From Girardia tigrina (taxonomy: Eukaryota), in contig MQRK01217395.1 of assembly GCA_001938485.1 (NCBI GenBank), positions 23,223 to 74,259 on the forward strand: a DNA stretch of 51,037 nt, written 5' to 3'. The stretch's first letter is position 1; every line of letters begins with the position of its first letter. The notes under the pieces were generated by a model. That model was not told the origin of the DNA, ran no database searches, and worked only from the letters and a program-made list of their open reading frames with translations. This document shows, one piece after another, positions 10,984-23,769 of the stretch. Made by a program: the position numbers and the translations under genes.

Positions 10984-12759
10984 TTCCATTATAAATTCAG
11001 TACGTCTTACATATTTGTTTATTGATTATTATAGGGATATTTTACTACGATGATCAATTTTGTGTTGGTGATTTGTTAAATGAAGGACAAGTAACAATTA
11101 AAAATCTAAACATAAATGAAGAAAAAATTGTATTTGGAAGTAGAATAAAAAATACTAATTTGATGTGTTCATTTGAAATTTTTAATTAAATATTATATAA
11201 ATTGGATAAATCAAATAATTGGTTAAGAGAATAATAACTAAGCAAGATTAATGATAATAATAAAATAAAAATCAATTCATTAATTATGTATTAATTGAAT
11301 AAGTATAAGTATATTACGTATAAGTATAAATCTTAGTTTAATGTATAAGCCTTTAAAGTAATATTTTAATTGTTAAATGCTAATAGAATTTGTAAACGTA
11401 TCAAAATATTAAACTGATACATATTGTTTTCAAATGATTAAATATCTCATGATTTTTAAGCCATTAACTTAAGAAAACAAATAACCGTAGTCAAATTCAT
11501 AGGAAAGATAATTAAAATTTAGTAAAATTATTAAAATTACTTCAGCCATTGCCACAAAGTTCAGAGTATTAAATTTTCTAAGAGATTTGTCAAATGAAGC
11601 TGAAAAAGTCGAGTTAATGGGAACTTTAGATTTGAGAGAGTTTAGGATATCTGTTTCGTTTTACTCTGTAAAATCACATATAATTAACTACCTTGATTAA
11701 ATGTTAAATTTAAATTTTGAGTACGATTTTGATGGTCATAAATAACTTTATTGTTTTAAAGAATGATGAAGATTTAAGGTATCTTTGCAAATTTATGAAA
11801 AATTTGGTAACTTGATCTTGGTTTGTTAGAAAAGAATTTTCAACTATTCAATAAAAAATCAATCAAAGTCACAAAACGATCAGAATTCTGATCAAGTAAC
11901 ACAAGCGGTATCAATACGTCGAATGTTTCAAGTTTTCAAAACGTATTATTTGATATTTCCTACTTATTTCTGTTTTATTTTCTTCGTAAGGGAAATGTGT
12001 TGAAAGGGAAAGCATTAACAAATAAATAGAGGTACTAATTTGTAATATAAATATCTGGATTTGTAATAAAGCAATGTCAAATGTTCTATTCTATACACAG
12101 TAGGCGAATAAACGAGGTATAAATACAATAATCATTGTTTAATCATTTATTTAATAAAAATATCTGAACATTTGTCAAGATTTGTATTGACAAAATTAAA
12201 ATTTAAGTTGGTGTAAATTTTGACTATCATATACTTTAATTTATTACTTAAAACCACTTCGAAAATGTAAAATTTCGATATTTAAAGAGATTTTAACCAA
12301 TATTAAATTAAATTCCAAAAAATGTAACGATTTTTGAATTGAAATTTATTTATTTAAACTAGCAAATCAAAAAAGTTTTTATATCCATTCTTTATGATGC
12401 CAGAACTCTACTTGACCAACAGATTTTTTAGTTATCTTTTATAGATCTGAAAACTACTATTTTTTGTTTTAATTAATAAGTAAAATAAGAATTTATTTAC
12501 CACCTTCAAAAAATAAATACAAGCTATGTATAAATAATTAAAATGAAATTAAATAAAAATGTAAATAAATTGAATAATATCAAAAAAATTTATGTCAGAA
12601 AAATAAACAAAGCCTTAAAAAATAAAAACAGAAGAAAATTAAAAATTAGATACAAGTATAAAAAGGAAAAGATTTAGATGCAAGGTGACACTTAAATTTT
12701 ATTGAACACCAAAAAAAAGTTCTTAAAGAAAAAAGTTATTATAGAATTTCTTAATTAAT

Positions 12760-12888
12760 TTTGGACTCGGATCTATCAGCTTTATAAATAAAAGCTGAAC
12801 CCTGATCGGAACACAATTGATCTTTGAACGATCATTCGCTTTATATTATTTATAAAGGAAGTTCAACTTTCCCGAACGAGAGTCCGAA
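12760..12888. other. Unassigned multi-stem structured element
   Basis: Closing stem tttggactc/gagtccgaa encloses gatc/gatc + tcagcttt/aaagctga, tgatc/gatca, and ttcg/cgaa with ctttata/tataaag inside. Confidence 0.45.
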
Positions 12889-13654
12889 TCTTTCATTTTA
12901 TTATATGAAGTGATTTCAAGTGCATTGACATATAATCTATATATTTAATTTGAACATATTTTTGTATACATAAAATAATTTGTGAAGAGACTAAGTGTCT
13001 CCAATTTATTTAAATAAATGTAAGGCTTTTTATTTAAACTGAATTACAATCTTTGTGAAATCTTAAAAATAAATTTTAATTAAAATAAATATATTAAAAA
13101 GAAATTACCTTGTTTTATTTATTTTTACATAAATTTATTAATATCACCTCTATACCCAAACATTAGTAACTATTTAAATCTTTTGTAAAGGGAAAATTTT
13201 ATGCAAAAAATTTTACAATTCAATTTAGCAATTAAATAGTTACTAATAACATAATAAATTTATTATAAAGCATGGAAGGAAAAAAACTAAAAGTAATTTA
13301 TTTACTAATATAATACAGTTTAAATATTTGTTAAAAATTGTAAAGCGTTTTTTGCAAAAAAATATTTTTTTGATTGACTAATTTGAATTTCTAATTTTCA
13401 CATAATTATTTATTGTCATCAAAAATGAGTAAATGTACAAAATTTGGAGAAAATTGATTAAGAAAAAGCCTTCAAAAATAGGTTTCTAAATTTCATGAAT
13501 ATAATATAATATAATAAATTACTTAATTAAGTTCAATAATTTTGCTTCCCATTAACGATATAATAATTAATTATTTAATATTTAAAGAAATTGGCATTTT
13601 AATTATTTACTAATAGGAATCAGTTTTTGTAAGTTAAAGAGGATTATTATTTGG

Positions 13655-14260
13655 TTACTACCTACACAAATTAAAGGGATAAATAGAAAATAAACTGTTT
13701 CGAAAAGCGTAGGTTAGAAAACTCATGTTAAATTAATTGGTTTATTGGCGATCAATTAACGGTAGTATAACAACATCGGTTCGCACCGGAGCTTACTGAC
13801 AGAAGCAATATTATAAATTTTTAATATTGCATACATTTTGTTTGTTAGATTAAATTAACAGAAAAGATGAGGTTAAAATAGGTGAAAGTTTTTATAATTC
13901 ATGACAAAAACTGTTCCGGTTCATTTTATAGTACAAAATGAAAAAAAACCCCAAAATAGTTCTATTCTGTTCTACCGGTTTTTTGGATAAAAGATTTATT
14001 TGATTTTTTAAAATCACCATTTTACCACATGAACTTTGTATTTTTTTTTCCAAAAAGTAAATTATAATTTTAAAATATTATTTCTAAATATTGAAGAAAA
14101 TTTAATTAAAATTATTATTAATACGGTCTTATGAACTAGGGGAATGTTAAATTAAAATTAAGGAATTTGCAGAATATTTCCGTGCGTGGGTCTCTTAACC
14201 TACGCTTTCTGACTTGGTTCATTTTTGTATTATTTTAGTTTCCTTTGTGTGGGTAGTTCA
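13655..14260. mobile_element. Old MITE with ~75-bp imperfect TIRs
   Basis: actacctacacaaa...aaagcgtaggttag is the inverse of ttaacctacgcttt...tttgtgtgggtagt. Confidence 0.6.
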
Positions 14261-16020
14261 CAGAAGCAAAAAATCTTTGTCAATATTTTCTTAATGATTG
14301 AAAGTAATAAAATAATAAACATTAAAAAAATACATAATCATGTGTTTATATACTCACTTCTAAACAAAAGGAAATCTTTCTTAGTGATAGTTAAAATATG
14401 AAATAGAAGTAAGGGATTTATTATATTTTTTTGTAATTATACATTATTTTTCGTTTCATAATACAAGTTAGATTTAATATTATTGTACGTGAAATATTTT
14501 CCTATATTTTTGTTTATTTTTTTTATACATCCTATCTCAACTCGAGAAGAATATTAATATCTTTTAAAATTAGGATAATTTTCCTTAAGATAGATTTTAT
14601 TTATGAAATGGTAAACTTCATGAAATTACATTTAAAAACAATATTTTTGGACTTTTAGCCCCCAAGCTAGGTTTCCCACGATTTTCGCGGGCCGCCTCCA
14701 TTTTTGTTTCTTTTTGCTGCCAATGTTGTGTTTTTGCCGTGTGGCGGTTCCATTCATGGGATTATTAATTCTTTCACCTAGTTCTAGCGTTTAATCAATA
14801 GATGGCAAATGCGATTACTTTTTTTGACATATGTCAAAAAATACGCAGCTGGAGGATTAATTTACAATAAACTTTTTATTCAAAAACGAAAATTTATATT
14901 TCTTATTGAAGAGAACACATAAAAGAATCTCACCAAAAGTACTTCTTCATTTATCTCTGCTTCTGTTGGTCTTGATAAATATTGTATTTTAATGCTCCAT
15001 GAAAATAATAAAGATGTAAAATCGACGTCTTTAACATCTTTTAAGTATACCTATTGTTTATTATTTATTAATTCCTTTTGGTTGTTTTGAAAGCAAAATA
15101 TAAATTTTTGATCACAAACGTTAACCTCCTCAATTATCAACTGTAGTAAAGTTATTTATAATCATAAATGTAACAATAATATGGCAAGTCAATATTTTTC
15201 TTCAACGATTTATTCAATCAGAACAGAAGAATATTTTACTTATTTATGAAAAAGTAATTTTAGTATAAAAAATTTTACATAACAAAAATTATATAAATAC
15301 ATATAATTTGCAAAAGGAGAGAGCATCTAAATACCTTATCAAAATGTGGTACTTACGTATTAACGCCACCGCGTCGAAAATTCTTCTAATGCGTCAATAT
15401 ACACCTAAAATCTTTGGGACAAATCATAGAATAAAAAACTATCAAAAATTATTTCTAAATTCTAAAAATCGAATAATTAAAAAAATCAATAAATAGTACT
15501 AAGAAAAAAAATGATTTTCATTCTATACGGAAAATATTTTTAAATTATCAAACATTAACTAAAAAATAATAAAAAAATAAAAGTTTAAAAATAAAATATA
15601 TTAAAATATAAGAATATATTAAAAAATAAAAATTAGAAATGGGGTCAAAAATCAGTAAACAACAAAGTAACAAGAAAACCACAAGACAACTTCGTGAATA
15701 TATGAACAAGTAATTTTGCCGTGGTGGCATTAATATGTAAGTACCCAAAATGTAATTTGACATATCAAATTATCATACGAATTTTTCTCAAAAAGAAACA
15801 TTACCATTGCAAATAATTCTTGTTCGAAATACAAATTTTAATATCAAATTATAAAAAATAATAAGTGGTAGATTTATTAAATATATTTACCAATTATTCA
15901 AATGCTAGTGGAAAACAGTTTGCAAATTTCTGACTCTCTAAATTCTGTAAAACAATAATTAATTACAAAATGTTATGCTCATATGTTTGATAGCAAATTA
16001 TAAATAACGGTACTAAAAAT

Positions 16021-16145
16021 TAGGGAGCGACGATGTATCGTTTAACGATGAGTCGATGCATCGAAAAACATTCATCGTTAAACGATGTATCGAAAGACTG
16101 CATCGACCATATTTAACGATGTACGATACGATGTATCGCTCCCTA
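16021..16145. mobile_element. 125-bp hAT MITE
   Basis: TIRs tagggagcga/tcgctcccta, perfect 8-bp TSD ctaaaaat (16013-16020, 16146-16153), internal cgatgtatcg repeats. Confidence 0.9.
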
Positions 16146-16347
16146 CTAAAAATATCAAAATAGTTCTTTTTTTAATGACACTGACTATACTTACTTCTTT
16201 TTACATCCTTTTACTTGATTTTTATGTCTTTTGAGGTATACTCTATGAGATTTATTGCAGATCAATTCAATGATTTTACGTAGAAAAAGTTATTGGAAGA
16301 AACACTAACGAGTTCTGAAACATTTGAAGATCGAAGACTCTAAATTT

Positions 16348-16560
16348 AGTCCAAGGACAAAAACCCCCGCGGACAAAAAACCCCAAATCCAAGAATTTGA
16401 ATCTGTGTACTTTTTTTCGGATTTTGTAACGGATGATCGACTAACTTTGAGTGCAGTATACTTTTTCACCCTAACCCTAACCATAACCAAAACTTTAACT
16501 CAAACACTAGGGTGTATTTTTCCGCAGGGGTTTTTGTCCGGGGGTTTTTGACCGGTTCCC
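16348..16560. mobile_element. Non-autonomous DNA element with 8-bp TSD
   Basis: ggacaaaaacccc repeats are inverted at the other end (ggggtttttgtcc). TSD ctaaattt at 16340-16347 and 16561-16568. Internal accctaaccctaacc. Confidence 0.75.
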
Positions 16561-16804
16561 CTAAATTTGTATCCAAATGCATGCTCAAAGACGAAACTGT
16601 GCAATTGCTTTAACGTAAATACAACAAATTTAAGACTGATTTTAAATTAATAATGATGATAAAAATAAACTTATTGTTAATTATTAATCTAAAGCTGCCT
16701 AGATAAATTATATTATTTAAGAGGTATAATAAATATATACATTGATTATGGTCATACATAACAATAATACCATATTACTATTGTTGTCTTTTGTTTTATT
16801 ATTA

Positions 16805-16877
16805 ATATATATATATATATATATATANNNNNNNNNNNNNNNNNNNNNNNNNNNNNNNNNNNNNNNNNNNNNNNNNN

Positions 16878-16927
<50 letters not shown>
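16805..16927. repeat. (TA)n microsatellite spanning an assembly gap
   Basis: TA runs around 50 N. Confidence 0.9.
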
Positions 16928-16933
<6 letters not shown>

Positions 16934-18371
16934 TGTGAATGTATACAAGCTCAAGCTGTACTTTTTCTCTATTTTTGTAACTTTCGTTTTACAAAGTATT
17001 AATCCAAAGTGTATTTATAATTATTTTTTCTTGGAAAATATATGACATTTATTTTAAATTTAAAGGAAAAAAATAATAGTATTGATGTTTTTTTCAGATT
17101 GTCATTGTTCAACCTCAACTATCCTCACAAAAAGATTCTCATATTAATAGTCTCAACGTTGATAATAAATTTATTCGAAAAAATGCATTTTTGTCACGTA
17201 AGTTGATATTTTTCAAATATTCTTTTAAAATCTCTTGAAATAGTGTGCTTACAGTCATAAACAGCGTCACGGAGTTTCTCAGAAGATTGTGGATCACAGA
17301 ACCAATTTTAATTTACATCAAAGCTTTGTCAGAATATTTAACGTAGGAATTTCCGGTTTTGTTAGTAGTCGACCTTATAGCAAGGACATCGTTCTTGAAA
17401 AACAGGACTATACAAGTACTTCAGGTAACAATCTTCTCATTGACTTTGTTTTCATATTTAGACTTTGTAAAAATTATAATTATTATAATTATTATTAATC
17501 AGAGTTATGAAATATTTTTGTGTTAAATCATTTTCATTGAAATTTAATAAAAAAAAATCAAATTTGCCACTTTCCATGTTATACAAATAGAATACAACTT
17601 TGCTAGTTTTTCATTAATTGAGGAAATACTGAGGAACTAGAAAGAAGTTTAAAAAGGCCTTCAAAATTTTTTTGGGACTTGAAATTTTAGAACTTATGAA
17701 TATTTTTATTATGTTTAATTGTTAAAAAACATTTTTACTATTTTTTTGTTGAGTATCTGTGGCCGAATGATGAGAGTGACTTACTTGATTTGTTGAACCG
17801 AGTGAATTTGAATATTTTAACAGCATATCAGTCCTATCCCACTCCCAAAACAAAAGAAATGACTCTGAGAAAAGAAGTTTTATTAACAAATAAATATTCG
17901 GACCGGAACACAGTCTTTAAGCTGTAACTAACATACATATAGGGAACTTCGATCCGACAAAGACCTGGATTAATCGGGCGTTACGTCACTTTAGATCCGA
18001 TAGAAATGTGAGCGCACATTGAGCTATAAACTGATGATATAGCTTTATGTACGATTATAACATAGGAGCGGCGGAGATCAAGATCACTCTTCAGAATTGT
18101 CAATTGGTCATTGAGAGAGAAGTCAACTGAAACGATAGCAACCGGCAGACGATGATTCGTTATCTGTTTAAGGTACGGAAAAATCCCTGACTGGAGTATC
18201 TGTGTCCCGAATGACCATGACAGTTAAGAACTCCGACGATTCTTGTGCGGGTCTCAGATCTGTTGGTATCATCTGCTAGAGTTATTCGAGAGACCGTAAA
18301 AATTAGATGGACAATCTGTTGGAATTCTTCGATGATAATTTGTTGACATGACGACTTCATCAACAGCATCG

Positions 18372-19081
18372 TTAGCATGTATTCACGATCTTTTTTCTTT
18401 CGCTCCATTTCTTTTGATGATGATCAAAACAATTTTTTACTAAAGTAAATAAATATACAGTGATTGCTCTCTAAATTGAACACTAATGTGAATTTTTATC
18501 ATGTGTTCAATTTAGGGAGCGTTCAATTTTTGGTGCGACTACTATATTGAATTTTTTAACTTGTATTCGTATATAATAACTTGTATTGTATATATAATTT
18601 TTTTGTGTAATTATGAATTTTTGAAAATTTCTTGTTGATTGCTGTGGATTATGAGTTGTGGGGTCACAACAGAATAAAATAATAATTGATAAAGTAAAGT
18701 TTTTCTTAATGCATGTGCTTTGAATTAAATTGGTATAATAAAAATTCATTTGTTAACACAATAGTAAAACTTATTGATGTGACCTGTGTCACCGATATCG
18801 GTCGCGTAAATTATCGCGTCCGTCCCGGTCAAATGTGTCGCCCACAGATTCCGACCACACTTCGGATCGGGAAATTCCGAATAAATCGGCAGGGATCGTT
18901 CTCTGTACTGGTCGACATTGAAACATCGGGGATCGTATTGGGCCGTTGCCAAGTTGTGGCGACGATTCGCGATCAGATATTTTCGATAATCCGGATCGAC
19001 GGATTCCCGTTCGAATTCCATCGGCAAACGACCGATAACAAATCGATAAAACCAAGGTAGATCATCCTGTTTTCCGAGCAT
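18372..19081 (-). CDS. Putative two-exon gene, ~121-aa protein of unknown function (exons 19081-18784 and 18439-18372)
   Basis: GC-elevated ORF from the ATG at 19081. Donor cag|gtcaca and acceptor tactttag| are phase compatible (…YATDIGDT-VKNCFDHHQKKWSERKKIVNTC*). Minus-strand AATAAA near 17880. Confidence 0.5.
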
Positions 19082-19731
19082 TTATTCTCTGGCATTTTTT
19101 ACATTTACCAAAACTAGGCGAAATGTCCAAATCGATCAATGTAATCGAAATAAAAATCCCAAACGATTTCAATCAATATATTTTTTCAATTCAAATAATT
19201 TTTGTACAACGTCAATTATTCAAACAATACCAAATTAAATTATTCACAGTTATTCGATAATTATTTTTTTGATCATTTTTTTAAATTTTTAATTGAATTA
19301 AAAATTTTCTAATATACGTCTGAATTTTTCTCAGCTCAAAAATTTCAGAGGTCGCAAATCCAATGAAGAATTTTTTTCAAAATTAAAAATCAAAAAATTA
19401 AATTAAATATCACTTAAAAAAAAACTCTTAATTGGTTGCTGCTGCTGATACGATTTAGTGAACACTACACTTATGATTTTCAAAATCCTTTTCATTTTCA
19501 TAATTTAAGTCATTTTTTATAATTGAGACCTCAATTTCTTTGTTGGAGTCTGAAAAACTTGAATATGTTTCTTTTTGCCTTTCCATAGTTCTCCTTATTT
19601 TTCTGAAAACACTTAAAAATGATTATTTTTTTCATTTTTCAAAAGGAATAAATAACTGTCGCATATTTTATTCTATTTTGTGTGATATGTTTCGTGTATT
19701 TTATAAATTAAAATGCGTATTTACCGTAATC

Positions 19732-19733
<2 letters not shown>

Positions 19734-19772
<39 letters not shown>
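19734..19772. repeat. (TAT)n microsatellite
   Basis: About 13 tandem tat units. Confidence 0.9.
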
Positions 19773-19773
<1 letters not shown>

Positions 19774-21519
19774 ACAATTTAAGATGATTAACAAAATAAA
19801 ATAAATATATTTAACTATTATTCAGATTTTATTTCTTATATCAATAAATACAATTCATGAATTTTTCTAGTACTAATTTGTAATATAATAAAATAAAAAG
19901 ATATTTAAAATATAAATAAAACTAAAGTAGAAACAAGTAAAAACAAAATAATATATTTTCGATTTATTGGACCCTGCACAAAATTTAGTTACAATATTTT
20001 TTTTGATATTTATATCAATAGTAGACATTTATCTAGTGCAAATTAAAAATATCTTTTCGGTAGAAAAAAATATATATTAAACCACTAAAAAAATATAAAA
20101 CAAATATGATTTCTGTAAGTAATACAACTAATTTCAGTCTAGACTATTTTCTATATTATATAATTATAAATTAACAAAATAATATTATTTCCAGTGTTTT
20201 ATTTAAAAAAATACAAAAAAATATAATATGAATTATATTATGAAAATTCAGTGAACCAATTTTTAAAAAAAATATTTTTCAGGTAGGTTCAATTTTGATA
20301 AAATTATATTATCTTTAAAGAAATGGGAAAATTCACAATGTTCCCTTAATTCAATTAAGAATATCTTCTAATTAGATAATAAATATTAAAAGTCCGATTT
20401 TTTTTTCACCGAATAAAAAGAAATTTGTAACAAAATAAATATTTATTTCTTTAATGACAAAAAATCATTATCACTTAATTATTTTTTATTTGAAAAAAAA
20501 TTTATAATTTTTTAATTTGCAAAAAAAATTGAAAATAATTTCATGAAAATTAAATAAAAAAAATAATAAAATAAATTAAAATTAAAATAATTTTTAATAA
20601 TATAAAATCTAATATAATTAACTGAAATTTATTTTTATTATTGAAAAAAAGAAATTTATAAATAAATTTCTTTTCCAGTCTTCGTTTTTTTTTCAAAAAA
20701 AAACTATAAATTAGTCTCAATGTCAACTAATTTTGATAATTATTACAATTTTTTTATTAAAGTACAAAATGAAAATTATTATTATAGTACATTTATAAAA
20801 TAAATTGGATGTTTCGAACACACTGGGGGCAATCGTTCATCACAGCGTTTTATTATGGAAATTGATTCTACAAATTTAAATATAAAAAACTAATATATTT
20901 GTAAAAATTAATTATCGTTAGATTATTAAGTAATATTATCATGGTCCAGATCATTGACTTCGTCGATGTTGTTCTTTATTTTCCCGAGACCTACCTGAAC
21001 ACAGTTAATTATTGAAAATTATCCATAGACTGTCTGCAAAAGACTTGTCAGTAACAGACAACATTGTTTTTTTCTGCCTGCCTATTTTACAATTACAACT
21101 GTTTCTGAATTTGGCACAGATGTTATCGTAGATGAATATTAGTATTGTTGCGAAAGTACTGATTAATAACTTCAAATACAATCATAAGACACCGTAGATA
21201 AAGGAATAAAAGTAAAAAGTCCACACAAACAAACTATATATTCGAAGAAGCGCTTCAAAGCAGACGAAATTATCTCTTTCACACAGTTTTTTTTCTTTTT
21301 CCTAGTGTGTCAAATCAAAAAGAAAATAAATCTGTTTGTTAGGAAAGCACATAAGCACACAGAAATGGGTACGGAAAAGGGTACGGACATAGACATAGGC
21401 ACGGACACACAGACGTACACAAACAGATTTTGGCAAAGTTTCAACTGAACTTTCTGCAGCTCAATTTAGTGCTAGGGAACTGATTGTGTTGTCAATGTTC
21501 TTCATTTTCGGAAAAAGAA

Positions 21520-21880
21520 ATCAATTCATCAGCCGGCTGGGCGTGTAGTGCTACCAGCAGCCGCGGAGATAGATAGAGATTCAATTGACTGACAAATGGT
21601 TGAGCAAGGTATCAATTTTCGTGTTTCACACAGTTGACATGGTGGAAAGCGGTTTGTTTCAATAGAAGCTGCATGGGTGGCCGCGACCATCTGACAACAA
21701 GTGTCAGACCCGATAATCGAGAAGAGGCCGCTTCTCACGATCCTAGACTGGATAAAACGATGTTGTACGGATATGATTTGGCTTAAGAAGGCGTGTGCTT
21801 CTTGAAATCAGAGGCAATGAAAGTATTGAGGGCCAATAATAGTCTTGTCTTTTAATTGCTGATGCTGGGATCATCAACAG
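21520..21880 (-). mobile_element. Highly degenerate Gypsy integrase remnant
   Basis: Minus strand reads FIASDFKK...HIRTTSFYP followed by a frameshifted (Q)S.GIVE, resembling the integrase TTAFHPQSNGIVER motif. Confidence 0.45.
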
Positions 21881-23769
21881 GCGAATATTATGATTAATAG
21901 GTCTATTTTCTGCAGCCAGTTTTACACAACTTCAATTGCTTATTACTTTTATTTTCATGATTTATAATTTATTTTCACTTTATATTTATTTATTTATATA
22001 TTATTATAATATTTTGATTTTAAAATATAATAATTATATAATTTTTTTTATTCAGTTATTTGGGAATTTATTGCCATTACCAATCAAACAGCCGTATTGC
22101 GTCAAAACAATACGAGAAAGTTTCTATGCTTTAACAGGAAAGGTCGACCGACTTTGAGGGTACTTTTTTGTTTTATAAACTAAAATAATCGACAAGAAAA
22201 GTTTTAAAAAATTAAGACCAGAAAATTATTATTTTAAAATTATTTTACAATAATCTATCAAAATGTATCAAAACATTAGAACGAATATCAATATTAAGAA
22301 TATGTAGATTTAATCTGAAAAGTTACAAAATTAAAAGGTAGTGTCATTTTGTTTCGTATTTCTTTGCGGAAATTAACAAAAATGAAAGATTATAAAACCT
22401 TCATAAAGGAAGGTCATTTTAGTTATTTTAGGTAAAATTGAGTCTTTCGTATATATATTATCTATCAATAATAATATAATAAATAGAATATAAACACGTT
22501 AATTACAAGAAATTAAAAATAATAAATATTTCCCAGGGTCATAAATTTTTTTCTTTAACTTAAAAATCACGTAAAAATCTTAATTAAAAACTGAATCTAT
22601 TAAAAGTTTGTATGAAACGAAGATTATTTTAAGTTTATAGAAAATAATTTGGAAAATAATTAATATTTTTGTTTATTACGTGTTTATTATATAACATTTA
22701 TAATTTAAAGAATCTTTCAATTAATTTTTGTTACTAAAACATGATGAAATTGTATATCACTCACGGAAAAACCGTGACAAAAATAGAAAATCGTAAAAAT
22801 AATTATATATATATATAACCGTATGTGACATTCTTGGTCTAAAAAGAAAAGCTATGCAAAGCATTATCCCTTATTTACAAAAATATAAAGTCTTCAGACA
22901 AAAATGTTAAATTATTTTTTTTAAATAAAATAAAACCCTTTAAAATAATATTTTTTGACAACAAAATTTCTTCATTTAATCGGATCTTACAGATTATTAT
23001 TTTATTGATCAGTTATTTTAATTCTAAAATTTTATAAAAAAATAATATATAAAAAATATAATATAAAAAATTATAACAAAAATTAATTTATTAAAATTAT
23101 GAGAAACGTCTGTCATAGTTTTCTTTTTACTCTTAGTTAATTATTAAAATTTATTGTTGGAAAATTTTTCAATAAATATTATAAATAATGAATAAATTTT
23201 CTATGTATATGTGACAAAAATATCGACATAAAAAGACATTATTATTATGGAAGCGTCAAATGCTTCGAATTGAACGGATATTGTTGAAACCAGCCGTTAG
23301 ACGGATTCTCAGCAATTAATTAATTTTTCGCATTAATTTATTTTTATTGATAAATTAGTTGATTTAATTAAAATTTTTAAGAAATTATTTTTTTCCAGAA
23401 TATTTTGTAATAACAACAATATTAAAATGAAAATATGTGTAAATTATGATTTTGTTAATTTAAAATTCTTAAAAAAATGTTGTAATTTTTTAATTAAAAT
23501 TAAGGAATTAATTAATCAAAAATTAATTCTCAAATGGGATTTTAATTTTTACTGAAAATTTATTATGATATTTTGATTTAAAGAATTTGTATTAATTTAA
23601 AAAATATTCTGTTGTTTAAAAAGATTAAATTGTAATATTTTTAAGCCAAAATAAAAGTTACGTCGTTTATTCTTTAATTATGTGACAATATAAAATTAAT
23701 GCGTGCTAAAAAATGATATTTGTTGTTAATTGATCAATTTTTAATATTGATCAATGTTAATTGATCAAT

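Noticed and set aside
12806-12832. Faint resemblance of ggaacacaattgatctttgaacg to 5.8S rRNA
   Set aside because: Match is short and gapped, with no flanking rRNA similarity.
16021-16145. Short spaced repeats resembling a CRISPR-like array
   Set aside because: Internal repeats of a hAT MITE with TIRs and an 8-bp TSD, in eukaryotic DNA.
17758-17870. tRNA/SINE-like A-box (also ~31650-31710 and 5840-5880)
   Set aside because: B-box and cloverleaf too degenerate to support a call.
18030-18060. Other CTGATGA motifs (also ~6393 minus, 44904, 45554)
   Set aside because: No stem II plus GAAA arrangement, so not hammerheads.
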